Below, piece after piece: positions 1 through 9,656 of a DNA stretch of 64,000 nucleotides. The DNA lies in the IMG/VR virus record IMGVR_UViG_3300020421_003230, positions 1-64,000 of that record; one strand, 5' to 3'. The position numbers and the translations under genes are program-made. Source of the stretch: a virus. Positions within the stretch are counted from its first letter, which is position 1. Each line of letters opens with the position of its first letter. The notes beneath the pieces are model-generated. The model was not told the DNA's origin and did not search any database. It worked only from the letters and a program-made list of their open reading frames with translations.

Positions 1-147
1 TATGCCACAGGTGGTACTGCAAAGGCCACACGAGAATTGTGTGAAGAAGCTGGGTATGATGTGATAGATGAAGTCTATCTAATCAATCTTAGTTTCCTCA
101 ACAAAGATAAAGTTAAATCAGTTATAACATATAAAGGAGATAAATGA
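1..147 (+). CDS. apt: Phosphoribosyltransferase, probably adenine PRT; C-terminal fragment, truncated by the window edge
   Basis: Not in ORF track. Frame 1 reads YATGGTAKATRELCEEAGYDVIDEVYLINLSFLNKDKVKSVITYKGDK*; ATGGT is the end of the PRPP-binding loop. Stop overlaps the next ATG. Confidence 0.7.
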   Translation, partial: YATGGTAKATRELCEEAGYDVIDEVYLINLSFLNKDKVKSVITYKGDK

Positions 148-329
148 TGGCAAATGTAAATGAACTATTTAATACAATCCAAGAACTCTATACAGAGTTT
201 GAGGCTAACCACTTAACATATGTGGAAAAGGGAAACAAGGCAGCTGCTGGAAGAGCCCGTAAGTCAATTGGAGAGATTAAGAAGTTGGTTACTGAATATC
301 GTAAAGAATCAGTATCAGCTTGTAAATAA
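144..329 (+). CDS. Histone H1-like nucleoid protein (Hc1 family)
   Basis: KGNKAAAGRARKSIGEIKKLVTEYRKESV matches the Hc1 pattern; AAGGAG RBS upstream. Confidence 0.8.
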   Translation: MMANVNELFNTIQELYTEFEANHLTYVEKGNKAAAGRARKSIGEIKKLVTEYRKESVSACK

Positions 330-346
330 CAACAGAAGGAGATAGA

Positions 347-427
347 ATGGACTTTATTATAAGTTTAGTACCTTACCTTACATTTTTTGGTGTAGCGTTT
401 TTGGTATATAAAGACACGAGAGGGTAA
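347..427 (+). CDS. Small hydrophobic peptide (26 aa)
   Basis: MDFIISLVPYLTFFGVAFLVYKDTRG*; AAGGAG RBS; fills the intergenic gap. Confidence 0.5.
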   Translation: MDFIISLVPYLTFFGVAFLVYKDTRG

Positions 428-437
428 GGAATGGTAG

Positions 438-1481
438 GTGTATAGAACAGCAGAGTTTGTAACACCGAAACATCCTGATAAGATATGTGATAGAATATCT
501 GATAGGATATTAGATTACTGTCTTGAACAAGATAGAGATGCTCGTGTGGCCGTAGAAACAATGGGTGGACACGGGCATGTCTATGTTACAGGTGAAGTTA
601 CAATTAAATCAGATAAAGAAATTCCTGTACCACATTTGGTAGATGAGGTATTAGGTGAACCAGAGATTTTTGATGAAACACATACCACATCAGTTAACTT
701 GGTGAAACAATCACCAGAGATTGGTAGAGGTGTTGATAGTGGTGGAGCGGGAGACCAAGGTATTATGATTGGTTATGCTTGTAATCACAATGAAGAATTT
801 GTACCACAAGAATACTACTTGGCAAGAAGTTTGTGTAAACATATTTACCACTTCTTTAGTTATGATGGTAAGACACAAGTTACCATAGATGAAGACCATA
901 ATATAATTGCAATCGTTTGTAGTTTTCAGAATGCAGATTCTGGTCAATTAAGATATTTAATTACAACATGGTTGGAAAAGATTGATATGGTACATCTCTA
1001 TGATGATACCACACACGAATTCAATGATGTAAAAGTATTTATTAATCCAGCAGGAGATTGGGAACAAGGTGGATTCGATGCAGATGCAGGATTGACTGGT
1101 AGGAAGTTGGTAGTTGATAATTATGGGCCTCGTGTACCAATTGGTGGTGGAGCCTATAGTGGTAAAGACCCAAGTAAGGTTGATAGAAGTGCGGCATACA
1201 TGGCAAGACATATTGCGGTAGACCAATTAATGAAAGGTGGTATCGGAGATATAGATGAAGTGTTTGTTCAGTTGAGTTATGGTATTGGAATGAAAGAACC
1301 AATTCAAGCTATCATTCAAACTTCACTTGGTGAATGGGATGTAAGTAAAGAATATGATTTATCCCCACAAGGTATTATTGATTACTTAGATTTAAAGAAA
1401 CCAATATATTATAAAACATCCGAATGGGGTGCTTATGGTAATGGGAATAAATGGGATAAATGTTATCAAGAGAATACTTAA
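438..1481 (+). CDS. metK: S-adenosylmethionine synthetase
   Basis: HPDKICDRISD, GAGDQGIMIGYA, DGKTQVT, GLTGRK and GGGAYSGKDPSKVDRSAAY motifs. Confidence 0.97.
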   Translation: MYRTAEFVTPKHPDKICDRISDRILDYCLEQDRDARVAVETMGGHGHVYVTGEVTIKSDKEIPVPHLVDEVLGEPEIFDETHTTSVNLVKQSPEIGRGVDSGGAGDQGIMIGYACNHNEEFVPQEYYLARSLCKHIYHFFSYDGKTQVTIDEDHNIIAIVCSFQNADSGQLRYLITTWLEKIDMVHLYDDTTHEFNDVKVFINPAGDWEQGGFDADAGLTGRKLVVDNYGPRVPIGGGAYSGKDPSKVDRSAAYMARHIAVDQLMKGGIGDIDEVFVQLSYGIGMKEPIQAIIQTSLGEWDVSKEYDLSPQGIIDYLDLKKPIYYKTSEWGAYGNGNKWDKCYQENT

Positions 1482-2242
1482 TAGATAGAGGTTTTTGTTG
1501 TGGACACGGATGTTTGATGTGTCCATACGAACCTAAACATACAAAAGGTAATACTAAGTTAATGGAACATATAAAGATACACGATTACGATAAGGTGAAG
1601 TTTAATTTCAAGATGTTCTTTGAAGAGAGGTTAAAGTTCTCATTAGAGAATTTTCATGACCACTATGAATTTGAATATGAAGATGATGCAAAACATCATA
1701 CAGATAATCCTATATATGATAAACTATATAGTTGGATTAGGAGTGATGAGTTTGGTGAGATGTGGAAAGGTTTTATAGAAGAGTGTGTGAAACCAGCACT
1801 TAAGAGTGATGATATAGTATTACAGAAGTTACCAAGTATTAAAGTACATCCACCTATATATAAAGGTAACTTCAAAGATAGAGATAATAACTTTCATACT
1901 GATGGTGGTAAGTATTGGCACCCACCATTTGAAACAAATTTTTGGTTACCACTAACCACATTAGATAGATGGAATACACTTCATGTTGATGAAGGAGAGA
2001 AAATAATTAGACCACAATTAATGGAAGTGGGAGAGTTCATGCAGTTCGATGGACAAAGTAAAGTTCATGGAACTATCAATGAAAACAAATCAAAAACAAC
2101 AAGAGTTAGTTTAGATTTCAGAGGATGTAGTTTAGAAGATTACGATGAAGAAGAACTAACTGAAGAATTAATGACTTCAAAGAAAGTACCAGTTCGACAA
2201 AAGGATTGGTTTAGCATAGGGAACTATTATGAAAGATTCTAA
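1460..2242 (+). CDS. Cys-rich DUF5522-like N-terminus fused to a putative 2OG-Fe(II)/cupin oxygenase (StrG-like)
   Basis: RGFCCGHGCLMCPY at the N-terminus; FHTD...NFWLPLT...VHG...TRVSLDFR pattern of the DSBH fold. Confidence 0.65.
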   Translation: MLSREYLIDRGFCCGHGCLMCPYEPKHTKGNTKLMEHIKIHDYDKVKFNFKMFFEERLKFSLENFHDHYEFEYEDDAKHHTDNPIYDKLYSWIRSDEFGEMWKGFIEECVKPALKSDDIVLQKLPSIKVHPPIYKGNFKDRDNNFHTDGGKYWHPPFETNFWLPLTTLDRWNTLHVDEGEKIIRPQLMEVGEFMQFDGQSKVHGTINENKSKTTRVSLDFRGCSLEDYDEEELTEELMTSKKVPVRQKDWFSIGNYYERF

Positions 2243-2828
2243 TTTAGATAAGAAAATATTAATCGTGTGTGCTCTTGAAGTTGAAACACAAAATCAACTT
2301 GAAGACTATGATGTATTATATACTGGTGTAGGAAAAGTAAATGCAACTTATACATTAACAACACACTTTGGAAAGTATGGTTCACATATACCATATGATT
2401 TAGTAATCAATTATGGAACTGCTGGTTCACGAAAGATTAAAAAGAAAACCTTAGTTGATTGTACTAAGTTCGTACAAAGAGATATGGATGTTACAGGTCT
2501 TGGATTCATGAGAGGTGAAACACCATTCGAAGATGAACCACCATTGATGTTAGACTTTGGAATAACTAAGTATAACAATATTAAGAGAAGAGCTGTATGT
2601 GGTAGTGGTGATAACTTCGTAGAAGATAGAACACAATACTATGGTGAGGTTGTAGATATGGAAGCTTATGCTTTAGCAAAAGTTTGTCATCTAAGAGATA
2701 TACCATTCGTATCATTTAAATATATCACCGATGGTGCTGATGAACAGGCACATGAAGATTGGGAAGCTAATCTTGCAGATGGTATTAAAGAATTTAAAAA
2801 GATAGTATTGAGTAATATTGATGGCTGA
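2229..2828 (+). CDS. mtnN: MTA/SAH nucleosidase family
   Basis: TGVGKVNA, INYGTAGS, SGDNF, VDMEAYALAKVC and KYITDGA motifs. Confidence 0.88.
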   Translation: MKDSNLDKKILIVCALEVETQNQLEDYDVLYTGVGKVNATYTLTTHFGKYGSHIPYDLVINYGTAGSRKIKKKTLVDCTKFVQRDMDVTGLGFMRGETPFEDEPPLMLDFGITKYNNIKRRAVCGSGDNFVEDRTQYYGEVVDMEAYALAKVCHLRDIPFVSFKYITDGADEQAHEDWEANLADGIKEFKKIVLSNIDG

Positions 2829-3030
2829 TGATTTCGTTCATGTAAGTGTAGTTGGTAATTTAATCAAGTGTATTGTTTATAGTGATGAACAAGCAACAAA
2901 GGTTATTAAGAATATGACTGGGCCTAATACTAATTGTGTGTTTGAGGGTTATGAGCCTTGGGAGGAAGATACAACCATACTTACATTTAAAGTAATGGAT
3001 TACGATGATATACGACCAGTACAAAACTAA
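2818..3030 (+). CDS. Hypothetical protein
   Basis: ORF coupled to both neighbours. Confidence 0.65.
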   Translation: MMADDFVHVSVVGNLIKCIVYSDEQATKVIKNMTGPNTNCVFEGYEPWEEDTTILTFKVMDYDDIRPVQN

Positions 3031-3590
3031 TGTTTATAAATCACAAACATAAGTTTATCTTTGTTCATGTACCTAAGAATGCTGGTACAAGTATTCGAAA
3101 CTCTTTTGATATAAATGGTTATGATAAGAAAGTAGTTAGGAGAAAATATCCACATTATAGTTGTAGTGAAATTAAAGAATATTGTGGGGATACTACATGG
3201 AATAACTTCTATACATTTTCAGTCGTAAGAAATCCATATGATAGAATGGTATCATACTATCACTTTCACTTATCATCAAATTATAGATATTCATCTACAG
3301 CACAGAAGTATAATTTCCAAGAATGGTTAAGTAAGGGATTAGATAGGAATTTAAGAAAGACACAAAGTGATTACTTGGATATTGATGTAAATCATATTAT
3401 GAGATACGAATCGTTGCAAGAAGATTTTAATCTCGTATGTGATAATATCAACATACCAAGATATACGCTTCCAAAGTATAACACTTCAAATCATCTAAAC
3501 TTTGCGGTGTATTATGGTGAAAAGGAAAAGGATATTGTGAGGAGATTGTTCGAAAAGGATTTTGAAAGGTTTGAATATCCTATACTTTAA
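3030..3590 (+). CDS. Sulfotransferase (Sulfotransfer_2 family)
   Basis: FVHVPKNAGTSI (5'-PAPS-binding) and VRNPYDRMVSYY (3'-phosphate-binding) motifs. Confidence 0.88.
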   Translation: MFINHKHKFIFVHVPKNAGTSIRNSFDINGYDKKVVRRKYPHYSCSEIKEYCGDTTWNNFYTFSVVRNPYDRMVSYYHFHLSSNYRYSSTAQKYNFQEWLSKGLDRNLRKTQSDYLDIDVNHIMRYESLQEDFNLVCDNINIPRYTLPKYNTSNHLNFAVYYGEKEKDIVRRLFEKDFERFEYPIL

Positions 3591-3658
3591 ACTTTGAAAA
3601 CTATATAGAATTTCCGCCTTTCGAGTACCTACCTACCTTTAATATATATCAAAAAAGT

Positions 3659-3702
3659 AAAAAAAGACTTGACTTATATAGGTTTTTTTTCGTAGCATTA
3701 GG
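3659..3702 (+). promoter_or_regulatory. Conserved early-type promoter, copy 1
   Basis: A-tract-GAC-TTGACT (3669-3674), 18 bp spacer, TAGCAT-TAGG. Confidence 0.7.
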
Positions 3703-3777
3703 TATATGATAAGGATAGTTTATTTAGGTTTTATGATTTTTGTTGGATTAACGAATCCAATTAATTTAAATAAAGAC

Positions 3778-3820
3778 AAAAAAAGACTTGACTTATATAT
3801 GAAAAATTCACTATATTTAG
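3778..3820 (+). promoter_or_regulatory. Conserved early-type promoter, copy 2
   Basis: TTGACT (3788-3793), 18 bp spacer, TATATT-TAG. Confidence 0.75.
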
Positions 3821-3823
3821 TAT

Positions 3824-6010
3824 ATGATAAATAAGGAAAAAAGAATGGATTCAAAACTTAAACATTTTAACCCTATGGCTCTTCGTGAGAAATATAGTAT
3901 TGGTTCTGAAAAAAGAACTAATCCATTTTCTTCGTTCTGGTCTGATAATGATTGGTCTTCTCGTAGGACTGAGTTCATTGATGATGTAGATGAAGCTCCT
4001 ATTAAGAAAGGTGTTGACCACATTCAGTTGGCTTCATATCGTAGGGCTATTTCAAACTTTGTAAATATTGTAACTGGTCGTTCTGATATACCAGTTAGGT
4101 TCCAATCTAATGATAGTTCTTACACAGATGGTAAGGCTGTTATGATTGGTTCTAAAATTAATGAGAATAACTTTGACCCTGTTGTTGGGTTGGCTCTTCA
4201 TGAGGGTTCTCACATTAAGTTATCTAACTTTGATTTCTTAAAGAATCTTGAGACTTCTATTACTGAAGAGATTTACTTGGATGCTGAAAAGATTGGTTAT
4301 TCAAGATATGATGTTATTGGTCATGTAAAGAATTTATTAAACTATGTTGAAGATAGAAGAATCGATTGGTATGTGTTCTCTTCTTCACCTGGTTATAAAG
4401 GTTATTATCAATCAATGTACAACAAGTACTTCCATTCTAAAATTATTGATAAGGGTATCAAATCTAATGAGTATACTGATTTAGATTGGGATTCATATAT
4501 TTTCAGAATCTTAAATCTAACTAATGAGAATCGTAGATTAGATGTTCTTCCTGACCTTGATAAAATTTATAATTCTATTTTCAAAAATGGTAAAGTAAAA
4601 ACCTTAACTTCTACTGAAGAGGCTTTCAATGTGGCTCTTGAAGTTTATGGATACATCCTTGATAATGTTGCTACTCTACCAAAAGTTACTGATGAGAATC
4701 AATTACAAAATCAAGAGATGGAAGGTTCACTTGCTCAGGCTCTTAATGATTTAGATACTGAGAATTATCACAGAGAGAGAAATGGTTTAGAACCTTTATC
4801 TCCTGAAGATGCTGGTATTGATTTACCAGAACCATCAGATTTTCTTCCTGAACATTCTGACCCAAGTGGTAATCCACCAAGTACAGATGTTGAGTTGACT
4901 GAGAAACAAATCAAACAATTACAAAATGCTTTAGATAAACAAAGAAAATTTAATGATGGAAATCCTGTTAAGACTGGTAAGTTATCAAAGAAAGATTCTG
5001 CTATGGTTCAAACAATGGAAGATGCTGGAGTTGATAAAGTAACTGCTGGTTCTGATATTGAAACTCGTGGTTCTTATGATTATGAATCAGGTGAGTACAA
5101 ATACACTAAGAATGGTTGTGAAGTTATCTATGTTAAGAAACTTACTCAATCAATGATTGACCAAAATCTTTTTCCTTACTTGGTTAGAAGTGGTGGTTAC
5201 TACTTTGAAGAATCACCTGAGTGGTTGACTCAAGGTATTTCACTTGGAACTAAGTTAGGTAGAAAACTTCAAGTTCGTGGTGAATCAAGAGATTTAAAAT
5301 GGAACAGATTAGATTCTGGTCGTATCGATAAAAGATTAATTGCTGAGTTAGGTTTTGGAAACTCAAGAGTTTTCTCTCAAACATTTACTGAGAGTTACTC
5401 AGATGCTTTCTTACATATCTCGGTTGATGCTAGTGGTTCTATGAGTGGTGATAAGTGGAAAAACACTATGACTTCTGTTGTGGCTATCTGTAAGGCTGTT
5501 GATATGATTCAGAATGTTGATGTTCAAGTTTCTTTCAGAAGTACACATGCTGGTTCAGGTCGTGGTTATTCTTCTGAGAATCCTTTGGTTCTTGTTGGTT
5601 ATGATTCAAGAGTTGATAAGTTTCAGAAAGTAAAGAAAATGTTTCCTCACATTTATCCTGGTGGAACTACACCAGAGGGTTTATGTTTCGAGGCTCTTCT
5701 AAAAGATATTGTACCAAGTACAAATGATAGAGATTCTTACTTCTTAAATCTTTCTGATGGGATGCCAATGTTCAGTAATTCAAATTTCAATTACTACAAT
5801 GCTGAGGCTCTTCATCACACTAAGAATCAAGTTAATGAGTTCAGAAAAATGGGTATCAAAGTTCTTAGTTACTTTGTTGGTGGTGATTATGGTGATGATA
5901 GAAATATGAATGATTTCAAAACTATGTATGGTAATGATGCTGAGTTCATCAATCTAAAAAATGTTACTCAGATTAGTAAAACTATGAACTCTAAGTTCTT
6001 GGAGAAATAA
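3824..6010 (+). CDS. vWA-domain protein with N-terminal HExxH zincin-like region (CobT-like MoxR partner)
   Basis: ALHEGSH...NYVEDRRI; C-terminal MIDAS motif VDASGSM...GGTTP...LSDG. Confidence 0.85.
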   Translation: MINKEKRMDSKLKHFNPMALREKYSIGSEKRTNPFSSFWSDNDWSSRRTEFIDDVDEAPIKKGVDHIQLASYRRAISNFVNIVTGRSDIPVRFQSNDSSYTDGKAVMIGSKINENNFDPVVGLALHEGSHIKLSNFDFLKNLETSITEEIYLDAEKIGYSRYDVIGHVKNLLNYVEDRRIDWYVFSSSPGYKGYYQSMYNKYFHSKIIDKGIKSNEYTDLDWDSYIFRILNLTNENRRLDVLPDLDKIYNSIFKNGKVKTLTSTEEAFNVALEVYGYILDNVATLPKVTDENQLQNQEMEGSLAQALNDLDTENYHRERNGLEPLSPEDAGIDLPEPSDFLPEHSDPSGNPPSTDVELTEKQIKQLQNALDKQRKFNDGNPVKTGKLSKKDSAMVQTMEDAGVDKVTAGSDIETRGSYDYESGEYKYTKNGCEVIYVKKLTQSMIDQNLFPYLVRSGGYYFEESPEWLTQGISLGTKLGRKLQVRGESRDLKWNRLDSGRIDKRLIAELGFGNSRVFSQTFTESYSDAFLHISVDASGSMSGDKWKNTMTSVVAICKAVDMIQNVDVQVSFRSTHAGSGRGYSSENPLVLVGYDSRVDKFQKVKKMFPHIYPGGTTPEGLCFEALLKDIVPSTNDRDSYFLNLSDGMPMFSNSNFNYYNAEALHHTKNQVNEFRKMGIKVLSYFVGGDYGDDRNMNDFKTMYGNDAEFINLKNVTQISKTMNSKFLEK

Positions 6011-6199
6011 ATGATGAGATGGTTACATAATAAATTTTGGAGAGAACATACACCAGAGTGTATGGAATGTAAATGGAATATGAAACCATTTAAAGATTCT
6101 ATATTTAGAATTGAATGGAAGTGTATTTGGAAATCTTGCGGTTGGGGTACATTTCAAACTACCAATGGAAAACTACATTGGTATAAAGGATTAAAATAA
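6011..6199 (+). CDS. Small Cys/Trp-rich protein (possible zinc ribbon)
   Basis: CMEC...CIWKSC; GGAG upstream. Confidence 0.55.
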   Translation: MMRWLHNKFWREHTPECMECKWNMKPFKDSIFRIEWKCIWKSCGWGTFQTTNGKLHWYKGLK

Positions 6200-6212
6200 T
6201 TTGCAAAAAGAC

Positions 6213-6256
6213 AAAAAAAGACTTGACTCATATACTATTTCTTTCGTACATTTAGG
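6213..6256 (+). promoter_or_regulatory. Conserved early-type promoter, copy 3
   Basis: TTGACT (6223-6228), 18 bp spacer, TACATT-TAGG. Confidence 0.78.
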
Positions 6257-6264
6257 TATAAATA

Positions 6265-7461
6265 ATGAGTAAAGAATTAATAAAAGAAAAGGAAACCAAT
6301 AATATGAATATTGTTGTAAAAATAGAAAAATCAGGTAATAGGTATAATGCCGTTGATACCAATGGAAATAAATATACATCTTCTATTACCACAGGTGCTC
6401 GTAAGAGGGCCTTTAATAATGGGATGGCTCTTGAACAAAGAGTTAATAAATCTGGTAAAAATTACTGGTGGGCTGTTCCAATGAGTGAGTTCGAAAAAAC
6501 TTCGGCTCCCGTTATTGATGTTTCATCAATCGATGTTCCTGAAGAACATGGTGAGATGTTAAACTTCATTCACTCTTCTTATTCACTTAAACCAGAAGGT
6601 TTGGTGATGAAAGAATTAAAGTGGAAATACTTAATTCGTTCTGCTGTTCGTGGTAAGAACATTCTAATGACCGGCCCGGCTGGTTGTGGAAAAACTATGG
6701 CTGCTAAATCATTGGTTAATTCCCTTGATAGACCAGACTTTTATTTTAACATGGGTTCTACTCAAGACCCAAGAGCTACCTTGATTGGTAATGTTCACTT
6801 TGAGAAATCAAAAGGTACTTACTTTTCAGAATCTCTTTTTGTAAAGGCTATTCAGACTCCAAATGCTGTGATACTTCTTGATGAGTTATCAAGAGCTCAT
6901 CCAGATGCTTGGAATATTCTGATGACTGTTCTCGACCAAGGTCAGAGATACTTGAGATTGGATGAGGCTTCTGGTCAAGAAACTATTCCAGTTGCCGAGG
7001 GTGTTACCTTTGTTGCTACTGCTAACATTGGTAATGAGTACACTTCTACCAGAGTTATGGATAAGGCTTTGATGGACAGATTCACTATCGTTGAGATGGA
7101 TGTTCTAACTGATGAAGAAGAGTTTGGTCTTCTAAGTTATATGTTCCCTCATGTTGACCCTGAGTTGTTGAAGGCTGTTGCTGAGATTGCTCACACTACG
7201 AGAATGGAATCTAAATCTGATTCAGGTAAAGTTTCGACTGGAGTTTCAACAAGAACTTCTGTTGAGATGGCTGGATTGATTTACGATGGTTTCGGAATCG
7301 ATGAGGCTTCTGAAGTTTCTATCTATCCTCAGTTTGCTGATGATGGTGGTGTTGATTCAGAGAGAACTTTTGTAAAACAATTAGTTCAGAAATTCATGAA
7401 CGATGGTTCAGATGAAAACCTCTTCAACGAAGAAGAAGAATCATTTGACTCTATGAGTTAA
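6265..7461 (+). CDS. MoxR/CbbQ/CobS-like AAA+ ATPase
   Basis: Walker A GPAGCGKT, Walker B ILLDELSRA, sensor ATANIG, ALMDRF. Confidence 0.92.
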   Translation: MSKELIKEKETNNMNIVVKIEKSGNRYNAVDTNGNKYTSSITTGARKRAFNNGMALEQRVNKSGKNYWWAVPMSEFEKTSAPVIDVSSIDVPEEHGEMLNFIHSSYSLKPEGLVMKELKWKYLIRSAVRGKNILMTGPAGCGKTMAAKSLVNSLDRPDFYFNMGSTQDPRATLIGNVHFEKSKGTYFSESLFVKAIQTPNAVILLDELSRAHPDAWNILMTVLDQGQRYLRLDEASGQETIPVAEGVTFVATANIGNEYTSTRVMDKALMDRFTIVEMDVLTDEEEFGLLSYMFPHVDPELLKAVAEIAHTTRMESKSDSGKVSTGVSTRTSVEMAGLIYDGFGIDEASEVSIYPQFADDGGVDSERTFVKQLVQKFMNDGSDENLFNEEEESFDSMS

Positions 7462-7471
7462 TAATTTCTTT

Positions 7472-7526
7472 ACCCCGTTTGGGGTTTGGTGGGGTGGTTT
7501 TATTCCTTTCTTTCCCATCCCACCAG
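7472..7526 (+). terminator. GC-rich double hairpin, possible terminator
   Basis: ACCCC-gttt-GGGGT followed by TGGTGGGGTGG...CCATCCCACCA just after the ATPase stop; no clean U-tract. Confidence 0.45.
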
Positions 7527-7620
7527 TAAAACATTTTAGGATTGGAAAAAATATTTTTGATTTTGGAATCAAAAGTATATATGTATATATGAACATAAAA
7601 ATAAATTGGAGAATTGAATA

Positions 7621-7896
7621 ATGAAAAATATAATAAAAAAAGTTTTGGATAGACATAAGGATTCTCAAGGTAACTTGGGTTCCGATTCATTCAGAGATAT
7701 GTTGGCTGTAGAGATTGCTGCTAATCTTGATAAGGGTTTGGCAAAAGATAATCCACTATCAATTGAGATGTGGAAAGGTTATCAAGAAAGTTTTAAAGAT
7801 GTTACTGGCGAACAATTAGAATTAAATTTTGAAGAAACTATCGAATACGAAACTCGTAAAGATATGTTTATGGATAACCCAATAAGGAATAAATAA
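7621..7896 (+). CDS. Hypothetical protein
   Basis: ORF with GGAG RBS. Confidence 0.65.
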   Translation: MKNIIKKVLDRHKDSQGNLGSDSFRDMLAVEIAANLDKGLAKDNPLSIEMWKGYQESFKDVTGEQLELNFEETIEYETRKDMFMDNPIRNK

Positions 7897-9656
7897 TGAA
7901 TATTGAATTATATAATAAGCATGACCTCTTTGAGAAATTAAAGAATACACCTGTACCAATTGAATCATCTTTACGAGATGTATTGATGAACTATTTGCGT
8001 GGTGTTAACTTTGTAAAGGTCGTGATTAATTTTGAAGAAGTATCTCAAGGTGTTTGGAATCTAACACTTTATGATATTAATAATACAGGTAGTACACCAG
8101 ATATTGTTACAGGTCAATTACTTTATGTAGTTGGTGAAGAGAATCGCAATGCTGATGAGGCTGGTAAACTTGGTGTACATGGTGTTGGTCTTGACCAATT
8201 CATTGCTAAGATAACTACACAACAAAGTATTGATAATGGTGGTGGTATTAAAGTATTGACACATCGACATAATACAAATGGTAACGGACACTTCCAATTG
8301 ACTGGTGCTAATCCATGGCGATATGGTAGTGATGATTCAACAGTTGATGTTGATATGAGAACCTTAGATTTAGTTGGTGAATCAGAGATTGATTTTGTAG
8401 ATGGTTTAGAACCTACCGAAAACTATTTGGCTATAGAGATACCAGGTGTTAACTTTGATACATTTGATTTTAGTAGTAAGGAAAATACTACATTAGAAGT
8501 TATGGCTAACATGGTTGCTACTGATTTTGTTAAGGCATTAGATGATAAGGTTATATCATTCCATTTTAGAAAAACCGATATACTTGGTAATACAGAATCT
8601 ATTGATGTTACTGAGGGTGCTAAGTTTGTTGATGAATATGGTAACTTTAAATCATATGGAGAATTGCCTGTTCAAGAATTTGTAACTTCTAAGGAACATA
8701 AATATGTAGGTAGGTTTATTCAATCAAGAGAATTGAATGATACTATCAAACAAGAAGCCAAGAGAAAAGGTTATCGTATCTTTGGTGTTATACCAGAGTT
8801 GAATAGAAAACATGCTGATGATTGGCGTGGATATGTTATTGATACAGAAGCACACTCTGGTGTTATCTTAGGAGAATTTGGTGAAGGTAGAAATGCTGGT
8901 ATACCTTATTCTATTATGTTCTGTGAATGTCCAGTTGCTAATGTTATTACTGATACTAATAAGAATTCAGTTAAGTTAGCAAGTTCTCGTAAGTATAGAG
9001 TTAGTGAGGGAGTTACTACTCCTGTAGTTGGATTAGATGGTAAGAAGTATCGACCAGTAAATAGAATTGGTGATATCAATAAGTTCTTCAAGGCATTTGG
9101 AAAACAATGTAATCCAACACAACAATTCAAAGAAACATCTCGTAGAGATTTAGGTCGTAGATTGCTGATGGGTGAGTTACCTTATTCAGATGATAAGTTT
9201 ACTGTACCTGCTATCTCACCTGCCTTACTTAAAGAATATCTATCTGTTTATAAAATGGATTTGGATAGTGATTTAGATAAGATAAGTTTTCCAAAGGAAG
9301 TTAACTTCTTCAATGGTCGTACTATACTTGACCAAGTTGTTAACAATGGTGTTACTAAGATTGCAAACGAATGGAAGAAAAAAGAATCAGATGTTAAATG
9401 GCATCAGATAATTTCTGAGATTCATGGATTTAAAAAAGAGTATGGAAGTTTTCCAACACACTTTATTATATCTGCAGATTCAGAAGCCGAGAGTATTCCA
9501 ATGGATTACTCAAGTAACTTCGGTGAAGATATTAAAAGTATTGTAGAGGATTTGAAAGATTCATATCCTGATATCACATTTCAATTAGTTGATACACGAT
9601 ACTTCACATTAAACAAGAAGTATAATTACTTCAAAACATACAAACAGGAAAACTAA
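7896..9656 (+). CDS. Hypothetical protein; possibly a divergent GHKL ATPase plus C-terminal PD-(D/E)xK nuclease
   Basis: LRDVLMN, YDINNTG and GKLGVHGVGL resemble GHKL boxes; ILD...IANEWKK...WHQI resembles a D..ExK..Q nuclease site. Confidence 0.45.
   Translation: MNIELYNKHDLFEKLKNTPVPIESSLRDVLMNYLRGVNFVKVVINFEEVSQGVWNLTLYDINNTGSTPDIVTGQLLYVVGEENRNADEAGKLGVHGVGLDQFIAKITTQQSIDNGGGIKVLTHRHNTNGNGHFQLTGANPWRYGSDDSTVDVDMRTLDLVGESEIDFVDGLEPTENYLAIEIPGVNFDTFDFSSKENTTLEVMANMVATDFVKALDDKVISFHFRKTDILGNTESIDVTEGAKFVDEYGNFKSYGELPVQEFVTSKEHKYVGRFIQSRELNDTIKQEAKRKGYRIFGVIPELNRKHADDWRGYVIDTEAHSGVILGEFGEGRNAGIPYSIMFCECPVANVITDTNKNSVKLASSRKYRVSEGVTTPVVGLDGKKYRPVNRIGDINKFFKAFGKQCNPTQQFKETSRRDLGRRLLMGELPYSDDKFTVPAISPALLKEYLSVYKMDLDSDLDKISFPKEVNFFNGRTILDQVVNNGVTKIANEWKKKESDVKWHQIISEIHGFKKEYGSFPTHFIISADSEAESIPMDYSSNFGEDIKSIVEDLKDSYPDITFQLVDTRYFTLNKKYNYFKTYKQEN

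Noticed and set aside
3706-3834. Short ORF MIRIVYLGF... between the tandem promoters
   Set aside because: No RBS, and it runs through the second promoter; probably incidental.
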